From positions 239,630,001-239,694,000 of the forward strand of contig OZ024741.1 of the NCBI GenBank assembly GCA_964016885.1: DNA of 64,000 nt. Direction: 5' to 3'. Shown one piece after another: positions 1-13,143 of this stretch. The position numbers and the translations under genes are program-made. A model generated the notes under the pieces. It was not told where the DNA came from and did not search any database. It worked only from the letters and a program-made list of their open reading frames with translations. This DNA is from Eledone cirrhosa (lineage: Eukaryota). The first letter of the stretch is position 1. Every line of letters starts with the position of its first letter.

Positions 1-422
1 AGACATGTCTTTACTGGTGATAGTATAAGTATATATTAAGGTGGAAGGATTAGTCTTAATAGGCAGGAATGTTGACAAGTTGGACTACAGGTGTACAACT
101 TACAAGAGACGTCTGAAATTACACAACGTTAGGTTCTTCCAAAACTATTCCTAAGATATTATTCACTAATGGTAAATTAGTCTGGCTAAAAATTCAATAT
201 GATGTACTGCAATATATGTATGCATTTTTTATTGTTTCATTTAGCTTTCTTGATACATATACCAATATGCAAACAGCAGTAAATTGTACATTTATCACAA
301 ATTTGATTTTAAAAAAGAATACATTTTTCATCGTGATATCATATTTTGGGGGGAAACAAACATTCTATACAAAAAACAATGGGAAATTATACAGTAAACT
401 GAGAAAGTATAAAATAGTTTAC

Positions 423-2774
423 CTTTGTGGATTTCTGAAGAGATCTGTTCATTGTTGATGTCTTCCACTCTTCAGGATAGTAATGACTTCTAGACTGACT
501 ATATCTGTCTGATATCTCTCCTCGATTACCTGACATCACAGATACACTGTTGTTACCTTGATAGATCAACTGTCTCATCTCATTACGACATTGGTATGCC
601 TGTTTCTCTTCTGTTGTTCTAGCTGAGTTATTTCTTACATTGTTACATCTCACAATACACAATGTTATAGAAACCACAATAGCTATAGATACTATCACAG
701 CTGCTACTACAATGATAATCAACAATGTTGCATCTATTGTGTTATCAGTTGGTACATGGACAGCTGTGAACATTGGTGATGTCTTGTTACTAACAGTCAG
801 TGTTAAAGAGACACTAGTTGCTGCTGACAGAACTGGAGTACCACTGTCTTTCACAACAAACTCCAGTTGATATGATCCTGCATCATTTTGGTAAACTGTG
901 CGAGAGTAAGATAAGACACCAGTGAATGAGTCCAGTTTAAATAACTGTCTCTCATTACCTGAAAGGATTTCATACCTGAGAAAAGCATTCATGTGACTGT
1001 CTATATCAGAGGCTTTCAGAAGTGTTATGTCATTCTTACTTTGTGGATGATAGTGGACATCAAGAGTGAAAGGGTCAACACTAGGAAATGTAAAATATGG
1101 AACATTATCATTTTTATCTAATACTTCCACTTCAACATTCACTGTGTTATTTAGAGATGGTGTTCCATTGTCTTTGACAAAAACCTCAAAGTCATAGAAA
1201 TCTCTGTGTTCTCTGTCTAAAGACTGGTTTGTTGAAATAAAGCCAGAGTTGATAATCTGGAATGGTAGACGATATTGGTGTTTATTTCTCAGATAATAAC
1301 TTAATTCACCTCCCTTACCAACATCTGGGTCTGTAGCATTGATAAAACCAATAGGGAAATTAGCTTTGTCATTTTCATAGGTAAGGAACTTGAATGTATC
1401 TTTGGTAAAGTGTGGTTTTACATCATTCACATCTAACACTTGTATTGAGAGATCTTTATCAGTTTTGAGAGAAGGTAATCCTTTATCTTGACAAGAGACA
1501 GTAAAGTGATAATGTTCCTGTGTCTCTCTGTCTACTGCTTTCTTTAGAACTATTTTATATTCCTTAGATCCCATTGATTGGAGTTTGAATGTATCATGTT
1601 TGATATTACAGCTGACCTCTCCATTGTGTCCAACATCATTGTCAGTGACCATCACATAAGCAATGAAACTACCAACTTTGATATCTTCCAGAATGGTAGC
1701 TGTGTTGTGAATCTCTGTAGAAATATAGTTGACATCAATATTTGGAGGATTGTTGTGTTGGTTGATAACCTTAACCATAACAGTTGCTATGGAACTGAGA
1801 GGAGGGCTCCCTCCATCTTTTGCTTCAATGTATAATTTTAACGTGCTTTTAGTGTCAATTTCTAATGGTTTTATTAAGAATATTTTTCCAGTATTTTCAT
1901 CAACACTAAAGTATCCTTTCATCTTCTCTTCAGTTTTTGGACTAAAATAAAAAGATGTTTTACCATTCCTACCAATATCTAAATCATTGGCAGATAACGT
2001 GACTACTGGAATATTCTTTTTGTGCTTATGTTTTATAGAGACATTATAGATACTATGAGAAAATTGTGGTCTGTTGTCATTTTCATCTTCTACAGATATT
2101 TTAACATTTAAAATACTTTGTTTTGGTGGAGTTCCTCCATCTTTAGCAATGACTTCAATATTGTAACTGTCTTTCTGTTCTCTGTCTAATTTACCTTCTA
2201 AGATAATTTCTAATGTTGAAATTCCATCTGCACGCTTCAAAACAGTTAAAGAGAAATTGCCATCATCAGTTAACGTATACGTTATGAAACTGTTCTGATA
2301 TCCTACATCTTTGTCAACAGCATTGGGTATGGCTTTCTTCATACCTTTACCATCTCCTTCCCTAAAATTAAGTGTAATGTCTTTCTCAGGAAACTCAGGT
2401 TGGTGGTCATTGATGTCTTCTATTATGACTTTAATTTTTAATATCTTCATAAATGTCTTGGATTTGTGAACAGCAACTTTAACTATTTCAAAACATTCTT
2501 TCTCATAACTACACACAGACTCAGCATCCAATGTCTGAACAGTGTACAGTTTACCTGTTTTTGTCACATTGAACAATTGTTCTCCCTTTTGTTGTAGTTG
2601 ACTAAATGTAATTAAATCCTTATTCTTTAAGAAGGAGCTATCTGATGTCTGTAAGTCAGTAGCAATGTCCCCTATATATGTATAGGGATTACTCTCTTCT
2701 TTAACATGGTATATAATATGTTCACTCAGATAACAGTGGAAGAAAGTCAGTAAAATACACAGAAATAATAACAT
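423..2774 (-). CDS. Pcdh: Protocadherin gene 1, large coding exon (signal peptide, EC1-EC6, TM, juxtamembrane); cytoplasmic exons lie off-window to the left
   Basis: Cadherin motifs (DINDHQP, LDRE, DENDN, DVND, DKNDN), EC1 C-x5-C, TM LLIIIVVAAVIVSIAIVVSITLCIV. Phase-0 donor AAG|GTAAAC at 423/422; acceptor TTTCAG|ATTG at 2832/2831. Confidence 0.95.
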
Positions 2775-5002
2775 CTCTGCTCTCGATGGTAATACAATAT
2801 CCAGGAGAAATTACAGCTTCAAATATTCAATCTGAAATGAAAACAATTTCAATATATTAATTGAATCTGATATGTTAAGGGTTATCTTGCTTTTTTCATG
2901 AAATTCTCATTGGTTTAACTTAGCATCTTACGTTTGAGAAATACCTGCTGTATCCTAAATATATTCTTTAAATACAGAGTGACAATTGCAGTGGTTCTGC
3001 CCTGCACTGAACAGCCCAGTATGTACACCTTTCTTAAGCAGTAAAGATTTTGCTGTCTGGGCCACATCCAACACATGAGCTGGCATCTGGAAGAAGGTTC
3101 ATAGGCCAGCCCAAGCTATGCTATCATGATGTTTGCACAACAAACATATAGACACTCAATATTAATACAAAATTCTGGCAGAGCTTTTCAGATGACCAAA
3201 ACCCTGAACAGCTAACTAAAGATAGGAGAAACAAATCTATTGGATGAAACAGAAGAAAATGGCACAGCAGTAACAACAGATAAAATAACACACGTAGATA
3301 TGACCTATACATCAAAACTGCAACTGCTGCAAATAACACTGCTTTTAAATAGCAAAGAAATAATTATTTTAAAAATCTATATTTCAATCTATATAAAGAA
3401 TATTTTAAGTAAGATGATATCTAAGTAATACTGGATTCAACTAACATATATTACCTCTATTTTATATATTAAAATATGGGTTCTATTTAATTGGTATCAA
3501 ATTTTAATGAGAAATATTAAGTTGGGAAAACTATTAAAATATAGACATTACATAGGAGGACGTTTGGAGTTATCTCTCTTGAACAAGAAATAATTTCAGA
3601 TATTACATTATATTCAACAAAACTGAAACATCTTATAAAGGTAATGTACAAATCAACATCACAGCTGCGATGTTAGTCACCTATTGTGTAAAAATGGACG
3701 GAATTATAGATTAGAATTTCTCAAGTATTATAATCTATATTGAACGGTATTGACAAGATATCTATTTACTAACTGCTATTGATATATTCAAAAATATATT
3801 CTAAACTAAATAACATTTTATACAATTAGCATTACCAATTCAATAATTTTTCTCTCAGAAAACATACTTTCTCTCACAAAACATACTTTGTCAAAACCTG
3901 TAGTACAAATAAAGTTACAATTTTAAAATCTTCGAAATCACTTTAAATACTTTTAATTATTTAGACTACATTCACATGATTCTTCTATTTGTGATATCAG
4001 CAACTTAAGCCTTTTTCATTTTTCATTTAACTAATTATAATATGAAACAAGCGATCACAATGTTTTTATTACAGGACTTCATTGCAATAAATTCTGGAAG
4101 TATTAATCTGAATACCTTAAATTTAACACTTCAGCAGAATATATATCTTTTGTTTAAATATCAAACTAATTTTTTATAAAGCCATCAAATTAACAGATTT
4201 CCATTTAACTGGGTTTTTTTTACAGTTGAGAAATAAATAAAATTAAGTTAAAAGCCACAATTAGTACATGAACATTGTTCATACAGATCATGGCTATAGA
4301 TTGTTTATATCTCATCTTGCTAAAGGTTACAAAACTTATAATAGGGAATTATAGAAATATCATGGATATATTTGGCCTGTTATCTAAAATATATTAATGA
4401 TTGTATATTTAAAACACTAAAGATATGTCATATTTGTAAATATAATTTCAAAAATAAAATGCTGAAATCAGATTAATAGGACATATTTTCTATGGGCATC
4501 AATAAACATATACACACATTGTATATATATATATAACTGTGTACATAATATCATTCTGTACATAATATCATAAATTATTTGATTGCCTGATATTATTTAC
4601 ATAAAACCTATATTACAGTATATATTTCAATGATATTTACGTTCAATATTTAGTATGTACTAAGACCATACAATGTCTGACTGAATAATTCAGTAAAAAT
4701 ATATAATGACGTATTATTTGAAAATGTAATACACAAGATAAATATTGTAAATACAACAAAGATGACTGCAAATATTTTCAGAAATATATTATATAAAACT
4801 ACAATTCAAAATAATTTCCTCTCTCTCACTGTTTCTTACAAAATACTTGATAGCCATGTTGGTAAAGAAGACATTCAATGAGAACTAACACAGATCTAAT
4901 ATGGCCACCATTACAATATTATATTTTCATGTTAGAATATAGCTATATATGAAGTTATTATTTTACATGACTGGATAAATAATATTGAATAATAAAACTT
5001 AC

Positions 5003-5340
5003 ATTCATTGTGTAAAATCCTTTGTTATAAACTGTAATTTGGTCCCAATGTTGTTGTTAATGGTTGTCTGTGTCACTGCTGCTATGGTGTGACAATGGCT
5101 TCATGTTGATGGAATAGTGTTGGTAGTGAGTCAGTGGGAACCAGCAGTTCCTCTCAGTCTTCTGTGTATGTGTGATGTTTACTGAGTGTGAGTGTGTGAG
5201 AGAAAGAGGTGGGGGAGGGTGATGCTTACGCCAGCCTCACTCAGACTAGATGTGTTTCCCCTCACAGTGAAGAGGGAGAGAGAGAGAGAAGACACTATAT
5301 CAGCTCCACTAACAGTCAGCCATAATATGTCTATATAATA
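5003..5340 (-). promoter_or_regulatory. Gene 1 non-coding first exon and proximal promoter block
   Basis: Donor AAT|GTAAGT at 5003/5002; block conserved upstream of all five genes; Inr-like TCAGT near 5183; TSS not determined. Confidence 0.7.
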
Positions 5341-6076
5341 CCAACATGTCTGATATAGAGATATTGACATTGAAATACTTAGAAAAGAGATGGTATATAA
5401 ACAAAATATGGCTGATGTTGTTCATGTCTAAGCAATTTAATGTTTAAATACAATATTGACAATAATAGTTAGTATGTGTCTGACTGAATTACAAACTATG
5501 TTATATTACAATTCTAAAATATATTTTCTCAAATGATTAAATTTTCAATATCATGTATTTAGCATTTATTTGTTCTAGCTCTTTACAGTTTGAGTTCAAT
5601 TTTGGCCTTTCATATTTATTACGTCAATAATGTAAAGTACCAGTCAAGTACTGAGGTTAATATATTCGATTTTCCCTTCAGCTAAATTACTTGCCTTGTG
5701 CCATATTGGAAATCATTATCCATTTGCAGAAAACAGATGTTAAATGATGATGATAAATCATATTTTCAAATTTAAAGATTATTTCCTGAACATTTATTAG
5801 TATAGTATACAGTTCCTTTATATAATTAATTTCCCTTAATATTATCAAGAAAAGTTTAAAGATGATATGTAATCTATGTAAAATATATTAACATTTACAA
5901 TAATGACTTAACAATTATAGAGATTTATGTTTTAATTCAATTTCCCTGTAAATAGTCTTCAGCATTACTATCCTAGTTTAATTTATTATTATCTAAATTT
6001 AATATATTTCTTTACTTTTAAATATTGTGTTAATGTTGAAGGTGATATTTCTGTTGTGTTAACTCCTCAGTCTGAC

Positions 6077-6195
6077 TTAACTGGCAACAACATCTGGTGT
6101 TGAAGGTAACTGTCTCTCTGGAGGTTTCACATATCTGTCTTGGTAATGGTCTCTCTCATTGTTGCTTGACACATCAGGTGGGACACCATAGATTC
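6077..6195 (-). CDS. Pcdh: Gene 2 terminal cytoplasmic exon (GIYGVPPDVSSNNERDHYQDRYVKPPERQLPSTPDVVAS*)
   Basis: TTTCAG acceptor, phase 1 matches previous exon, open to TAA; repeated in each unit. Confidence 0.88.
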
Positions 6196-6545
6196 CTGAA
6201 ACAAGTACATCAACACAACTTACCATTTAGTTCACATAGATAGATAATGGTTATTTTATTGATAATAATCATCAATTGTTTATCCACTACATCCACTGAA
6301 CTAAGAGAGAAAATAACAATCATATATTTACATCTTTACAATCTTAATAAACCACTAATTAGTTAAATAAAATAATATCTTTAGTAATTTAAAATCAATA
6401 TTAAATTACTTTAACTTTTAGTCTTTGAATTGACAACATGAGTAAAAATAATAAATCGCGGAAGTCACACAGTGCTTCGTTTAGGACTTACTCTGATATG
6501 TAACACTGAGAAAGACCATAAACATTTATGAAGATATTGTTTTAC

Positions 6546-6696
6546 CTGACATTGCTGGTATTTCTTCATACTGTCTACTTGACCTTTCACTCCAGCATTG
6601 TCCACTGCTCTTACGACTGGTCAATGTATCAGTGGGATAGTTAGAAGATGGTCTGTTGTCTCCATAAGATGTCACCTCTATTGGTTGACTGTATTT
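6546..6696 (-). CDS. Pcdh: Gene 2 first cytoplasmic exon (151 nt; KYSQPIEVTSYGDNRP...QYEEIPAMS)
   Basis: CAG acceptor and CAG|GTAAAA donor, phase 0 in and phase 1 out, open frame, conserved in each unit. Confidence 0.9.
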
Positions 6697-6723
6697 CTGA
6701 TGGAAAATATAGTTACAAGATAA

Positions 6724-6859
6724 AGTATAAAGATATCATTTATGACAATGTACCTAAAATATACCAAATGTCCTAGATATTGATAGGTACATGTATCTAT
6801 CAATATCTAGGACATTTAGTATATTTTAGGTACACTGTCGTAAATGATATTTTTGTACT
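6724..6859. repeat. 136-bp near-perfect palindrome in gene 2 intron
   Basis: Arms are reverse complements around TACA|TGTA centred at 6791/6792, with about six transition mismatches. Confidence 0.92.
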
Positions 6860-7237
6860 CTACTATTAAAATATTGGAACATTATCTACTAAAACATCAA
6901 TTGTATAAAACTTTCTGTATGACCACTTTCAATCATACCACAGAAAATGTATCCAGTACAAGTTCCAAATCATTATTTGATATCATACTCCAAGGTATTT
7001 GATATTTAGGTCTACCTTTATTGGTGTTACATTCATATTGTGTGAGTTTCGGGTACACACTTGTAGCTATTCCAGGCCAATAATTTGGAAGGTTTCTTTA
7101 CAGAAAGACAATTTACAAAACTATATGAATTCCACAATGTTAGCTAAGATCATACTGACATATAATATGACAGCTTGGCAAAAAACAATGTGATTCAATA
7201 CAGCCTTGAATTTCCTGGTATTTGGCTTTTTAGATAA

Positions 7238-8477
7238 ATGAGGGTCAGCTGAAAGGTTCATCGGTTGACTAAGATACTCTCATGGTGTGTGACCAAATGA
7301 GTTTTATTTTTCAACATAGTCTACCTTGTATTCCACACACTTCTTTCATTAGTTTTGCTGTTCTTCGATCCCATTGATGAAGAAGCTTTCATATTGTTGG
7401 TAAAAAAAATTCAACAGCAGATATGACATTATCACTGTGAAACTGGTTCTCAGCCAAGTGTTTTTCGTGTCAGGGAACAGATGATAATCAGATGGGTAAA
7501 ATCATGAGAATAAGGAGGGTGATCAATTTGTTCAAATCCAGTCATGCACAGCAGCCATTGAAACCAAGGACGTGTGTTGGAGCATTGTCCTAATGAAGCA
7601 AGAACCCTTTCATCAGATTTCCTGGGCATATGGTCTTGATTGACTTTCACAACTGCCTTAGCGAGATGGCATAATACTCTCCATTGATGGTGTGGCTCTT
7701 TTGAAGATAACCAATAAACAATGTCTTTTGCATCCCAAATGTCTGAGGGTATCACCTTCCTTGCAGATGAAATGACCTTGGCCTTCTTTGGACAACTGTT
7801 TCCACTACATGGATTGTCTCTTTGTCTGGCTCAAAGTGAAGAACCCAACCCTCATCCTGGGTTAGGAAACATTCAAGAGAACCAGCTGGATCTGCCTCAA
7901 ATAATGTCAGATTTCCCTGTGATGTGATCAACTTGGTGTGCTTTTGATCAGGTGTCAGAAAACATGGTACTCATCAAGCAGAATAGCAAGTTCTTTGTGC
8001 AGAATATTCTCAACTCTCACACGGGACATAGTAATAGTATTGGGTATTTGATTAATAGTCAATTGCTCTCGTCCATCACCATGCAGTGAACACGATCAAT
8101 GTTTTCCTCAGTTGCAGGACTTCCAGAACTTGTGTCATCTTCAAAGCTCTCCCCTCCCGCCTAAATTCAGTTGCCCACTTTTACAATGTTGATAAAGCTG
8201 GAGCATTATCCCTAATGTAGCAACCACGTTAGCATGAATGTCCTTGGAGGCTAAACGCTTTTTTTGCAGGTACTCGATAACACCGCGATGCCATATTTTG
8301 CACATTTTCAAGAGAAGTTGCTACTCATTGCTTTTGAAGTCTTCTTTGAAAAGGCAGTTTACATGGAAAGAAACAATGCAGTTATTAATAAGTGTCGAAA
8401 TTAATGCATGCAAGATTTCACAGCCCCAGAATCACTCCTTCACAATAAGCCCATGAACTGTTCAGCCCACGCTCATA
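7238..8477 (-). mobile_element. Decayed full-length mariner element in gene 2 intron
   Basis: ~1.24 kb with imperfect TIRs (TGAGGGTCAGCTGAAAGGTTCAT / ATGAACTGTTCAGCCCACGCTCA); transposase fragments KWATEFRR..EDDTSSGSP, WDAKDI, DHPPYSHD; many stops and frameshifts. Confidence 0.85.
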
Positions 8478-8709
8478 CAATTACCAACAAAAATTTTATC
8501 ACGTAAACAGGAGTAAATTTGGGATTATCTTAGAAAAACAAACAATATATCTTTACCAGATCATAATGCTTTGTGTTTGGAGACATTTAATTATTAAATC
8601 GCATTTAAATTAGTAATTTAAACAGTAATCTTGTGATCAAACACATTCAGATTTATCATGCTTAATTAAACATTATTTACTAAGATAGAAAATAGAAAAT
8701 AGATTTTAC

Positions 8710-11061
8710 CTTCGTGGATTTTTGAAGAGATCTGTTCATTGTTGATGTCTTCCAGTCTTCAGGATAGTAATGACTTCTAGACTGACTATATCTGTCCGAT
8801 ATATCTCCTCGATTACCTGACATCACAGATACACTGTTGTTACCTTGATAGATCAACTGTCTCATCTCATTATGACATTGGTATGCCTGTTTCTCTTCTG
8901 TTGTTCTAGCTGAGTTATTTCTCACATTGTTACATCTCACAATACACAATGTTATAGAAACCACAATAGCTATAGATACTATCACAGCTGCTACTACAAT
9001 GATAATCAACAATGTTGCATCTATTGTGTTATCAGTTGGTACATGGACAGCTGTGAACATTGGTGATGTCTTGTTACTAACAGTCAGTGTTAAAGAGACA
9101 CTAGTTGTTGCTGACAGAACTGGAGTACCACTGTCTTTCACAACAAACTCCAGTTGATATGATCCGGCATCATTTTGGTAAACTGTACGAGAGTAAGATA
9201 AGACACCAGTGAATGAGTCCAGTTTAAATAACTGTCTCTCATTACCTGAAAGGATTTCATATCTGAGAAAAGCATTCATATGACTGTCTATATCAGAGGC
9301 TTTCAGAAGTGTGATGTCATTCTTACTTTGTGGATGATAGTGTATATCAAGAGTGAAAGGGTCAACACTAGGAAATGTAAAATATGGAACATTATCATTT
9401 TTATCTAATACTTCCACTTCAACATTCACTGTGTTATTTAGAGATGGTGTTCCATTGTCTTTGACAAAAACCTCAAAGTCATAGAAATCTCTGTGTTCTC
9501 TGTCTAAAGATTGGTTTGTTGAAATAAAGCCAGAGTTGATAATCTGGAATGGTAGACGATATTGGTGTTTATTTCTCAGATAATAACTTAATTCACCTCC
9601 CTTACCAACATCTGGATCTGTAGCATTGATAAAACCAATAGGGAAATTAGCTTTGTCATTCTCATAGGTAAGGAACTTGAATGTATCTTTGGTAAAGTGT
9701 GGTTTTACATCATTCACATCTAACACTTGTATTGAGAGATCTTTATCAGTTTTGAGAGGAGGTAATCCTTTATCTTGACAGGAGACAGTAAAGTGATAAT
9801 GTTCTTGTGTTTCTCTGTCTACTGCTTTCTTTAGAACTATTTTATATTCTTTAGATCCCATTGATTGGAGTTTGAATGTATCATGTTTGATATTACAGCT
9901 GACCTCTCCATTGTGTCCAACATCATTGTCAGTGACCATCACATATGCAATGAAACTACCAACTTTGATATCTTCCAGAATGGTAGCTGTGTCGTGATTC
10001 TCTGTAGAAATATAGTTGACATCAATATTTGGAGGATTGTTATGTTGGTTGATAACCTTAACCATAACAGTTGCTATGGAACTGAGAGGAGGGCTCCCTC
10101 CATCTTTTGCTTCAATGTATAATTTTAACGTGCTCTTAGTGTCAATTTCTAATGGTTTTATTAAGAATATTTTTCCAGTATTTTCATCAACACTAAAGTA
10201 TCCTTTCATCTTTTCTTCAGTTTTTGGACTAAAATAGAAAGACATTTTACCATTCCTACCAATATCTAAATCATTGGCAGATAACGTGACTACTGGAATA
10301 TTCTTTTTGTGCTTATGTTCTATAGAGACATTATAGATACTATGAGAAAATTGTGGTCTGTTGTCATTTTCATCTTCTACAGATATTTTAACATTTAAAA
10401 TACTTTGTTTTGGTGGAGTTCCTCCATCTTTAGCAATGACTTCAATATTGTAACTGTCTTTCTGTTCTCTGTCTAATCTAGCTTCTAAAATAATTTCTAA
10501 AGTTGAAATTCCATCTGCTCGTTTCAAAACTGTTAAAGAGAAATTGCCATCATCAGTTAATGTATACGTTATGAAACTGTTCTGATAACCAACATCTTTA
10601 TCCACTGCATTTTCTATTGACCTCTTGGTACCTTTACTATCAGTTTCGGAAAACTGTATATTTACTTGTTCAGTTGGAAACTCAGGTTGGTGGTCATTGA
10701 TGTCTTCTATTATGACTTTAATTTTTAATATCTTCATAAATGTCTTGGATTTGTGAACAGCCACTTTCACTATTTCAAAACATTCTTTCTCATAACTACA
10801 CACAGACTCAGCATCCAATGTCTGAACAGTGTACAGTTTACCTGTTTTTGTCACATTGAACAATTGTTCTCCCTTTTGTTGTAGTTGACTAAATGTAATT
10901 AAATCCTTATTCTTTAAGAAGGAGCTATCTGATGTCTGTAAGTCAGTAGCAATGTCCCCTACATAAGTATAGGGATTACTCTCTTCTTTAACATGGTATG
11001 TGATATATTCACTTAGATAACAGTGGAAGAAAGTCAGTAAAATACACAGAAACAACAACAT
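8710..11061 (-). CDS. Pcdh: Protocadherin gene 2, large coding exon; spliced product ~873 aa
   Basis: Six cadherin repeats plus TM; donor AAG|GTAAAA at 8710/8709; acceptor at 11119/11118. Confidence 0.95.
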
Positions 11062-13143
11062 CTCTGCTCTTGATGGTAATACAGTATCCTGGAGAAATTA
11101 CAGCTTCAAATATTCAATCTGAAACAGAAATAGTTTTAGTATGGCAATATGAAGTGAACAGATGGTAAACATGAAAACAATATTCTATAGTAATTATCAA
11201 ATTATTTGTGGTATAATTATCACAAAATAAGAGCAAAGCTAGCAATGTTTTTCTCATGCTGTACAAGTGAACCAGATTTATTATGACTAATCCACAATAC
11301 CATGGAATATGATTCTACCTCCTTCGCAGTTTTACACATATTGAAGCTGGGTGTGCAAAATTTACACATTTACGTTTTGATTTATTGTTTCACAGCTTTT
11401 ATTATTATGACTTTTGAATTAAACATATCACCTATTTTAATCATTCACAGCTTGAAGCAAACATGTCTATTCCTGAGATTATATCACTCAAGCTACAAAT
11501 CTAGATAAGAAAGAAGGATGGTTATATAATGGCTAATCACGCCAGATGTAAACGCACCACTTTATTTAAGACACTAATATGAGTTACCTCCCATATGCTC
11601 AGAAATTAATTTGGCTTTAACACATCAAAGTCAAATTATATTGTAAAAATTATTTGAAAAACATCATTGTAACTAAAGTATTAGATAACAATAGTAATAA
11701 TTTCATAATGATTTATGTGAGTAACCTTCTATTGATTTTATAAAATTGGGTGAAATTTGAGATTATGGTATTTTAAATATCACAATCAATATTAAACAGT
11801 AACAACTCAAATGATTCTTATTGAAAAATGCAGAAGATATATAATGTAAACTGGTCAATGTTTGATATTTAAAATTTTTTTTATTCAATATGTAACCCAC
11901 CAAAAATTTACTGTTTTGTAAATACGTCTATCTTAAATTAATTAATGAAACTTCGTAAATTTATAAATGAACTAAGAAATGTATTTGATGGCATATGAAA
12001 TAAAATATTTTTTAAATATCACCGGGATCCTAAGTGCAAAGTTGAGGTAAACACACAACAAATATATTTCTTAATATTCCCTGTTCAAATTATCTTAAAT
12101 ATCTGAGAGGATGAATGTTGTTAAAAACTATAAAAGTGGGGAAAAACTGCATTAAAATGCCTGGCATATTGTTAAAAGTATTTCAAATTCAGTATGTATA
12201 TTTAAAAGCAAAATGAACTAATAAGGATAATTGTATTTTTAAGTTAAGTGATGTCATAATTCATACAAATTAAGACAATTTCCACATGAAACTATTCTGA
12301 CCAAACACTGAACCATTGAAGTGAAGATATACACACACTCACAAATTGTAGATACATGTACACACACACACATACATACATATATATACATACACACAAA
12401 ACAGGAGGAAACATAATAGTAACACTGATAAGGTCATAGGCGTGTGATGAAAAAACTTTGATAGACTATATGTATATATTTATATCTATATTTTTTTAAC
12501 TGTTGGTCAATCAATGTTAAACACTGATTGCCAGCTAAATTAACTATAAAGATATAAAATATACAGAAGCGAAAACCAATCCAAACCAAACAGTGAGTGT
12601 GTTTTATTATTATTTCTGGCAATATTATAACAATATGACCCTCCCAAAATATAATGATACACACACACACATGTATATATATATGTATGTATGCGTGTGC
12701 ATATATACCATCATGAGATGTTACACTGAATTTTATTTGAGGAAATTTACATAAATCCTACATTACTCTATACAGTTCAATATTCTTGTTCAATAATAAC
12801 TATATACTAAGACCATACAATGTCTGACTGAATAATTCAGTAAAAATATATAATAAGTAATGTTTAAATGTAATAAACAAGATAAATATTGTAAATACAT
12901 CAAAGATGACAGCAAATATTCTGAGAAGTATGTTATATAAAACTACAATTGAATATATATTCCTCTCTCACACTGTTTCTTACACAATACTTGATAGCCA
13001 TGATGGTAAAGAAGACATTCAGTGAGAACTAACACAGATCTAATATGGCCACCATTACAATATTATATTTTGATGTTATAATATAGCTATATATGAGGTT
13101 ATTATTTTACATGACTGGATAAATAATATAGAATAAAACTTAC

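Noticed and set aside
387-422. Variable hydrophobic C-termini of the ~795-aa ORFs (e.g. VNYFILSQFTV)
   Set aside because: They follow a conserved AAG|GT donor and are intron read-through; a short unspliced isoform is possible but unsupported here.
640-870. Repeated plus-strand ORFs (MLHLTIHNV..., MTSIFGG..., MEFECIM...) in every unit
   Set aside because: Antisense shadows of the Pcdh exon; they recur only because the exon is duplicated.
3124-3339. 71-aa hydrophobic ORF in intron 1, repeated at 26301-26516
   Set aside because: No recognisable homology, non-ATG start, not preserved in the gene 3 copy; recurrence reflects recent duplication.
6661-6675. VTSYG as a WIRS (WAVE-complex) motif
   Set aside because: Consensus requires Phe at the position occupied by Tyr; match too weak to claim.
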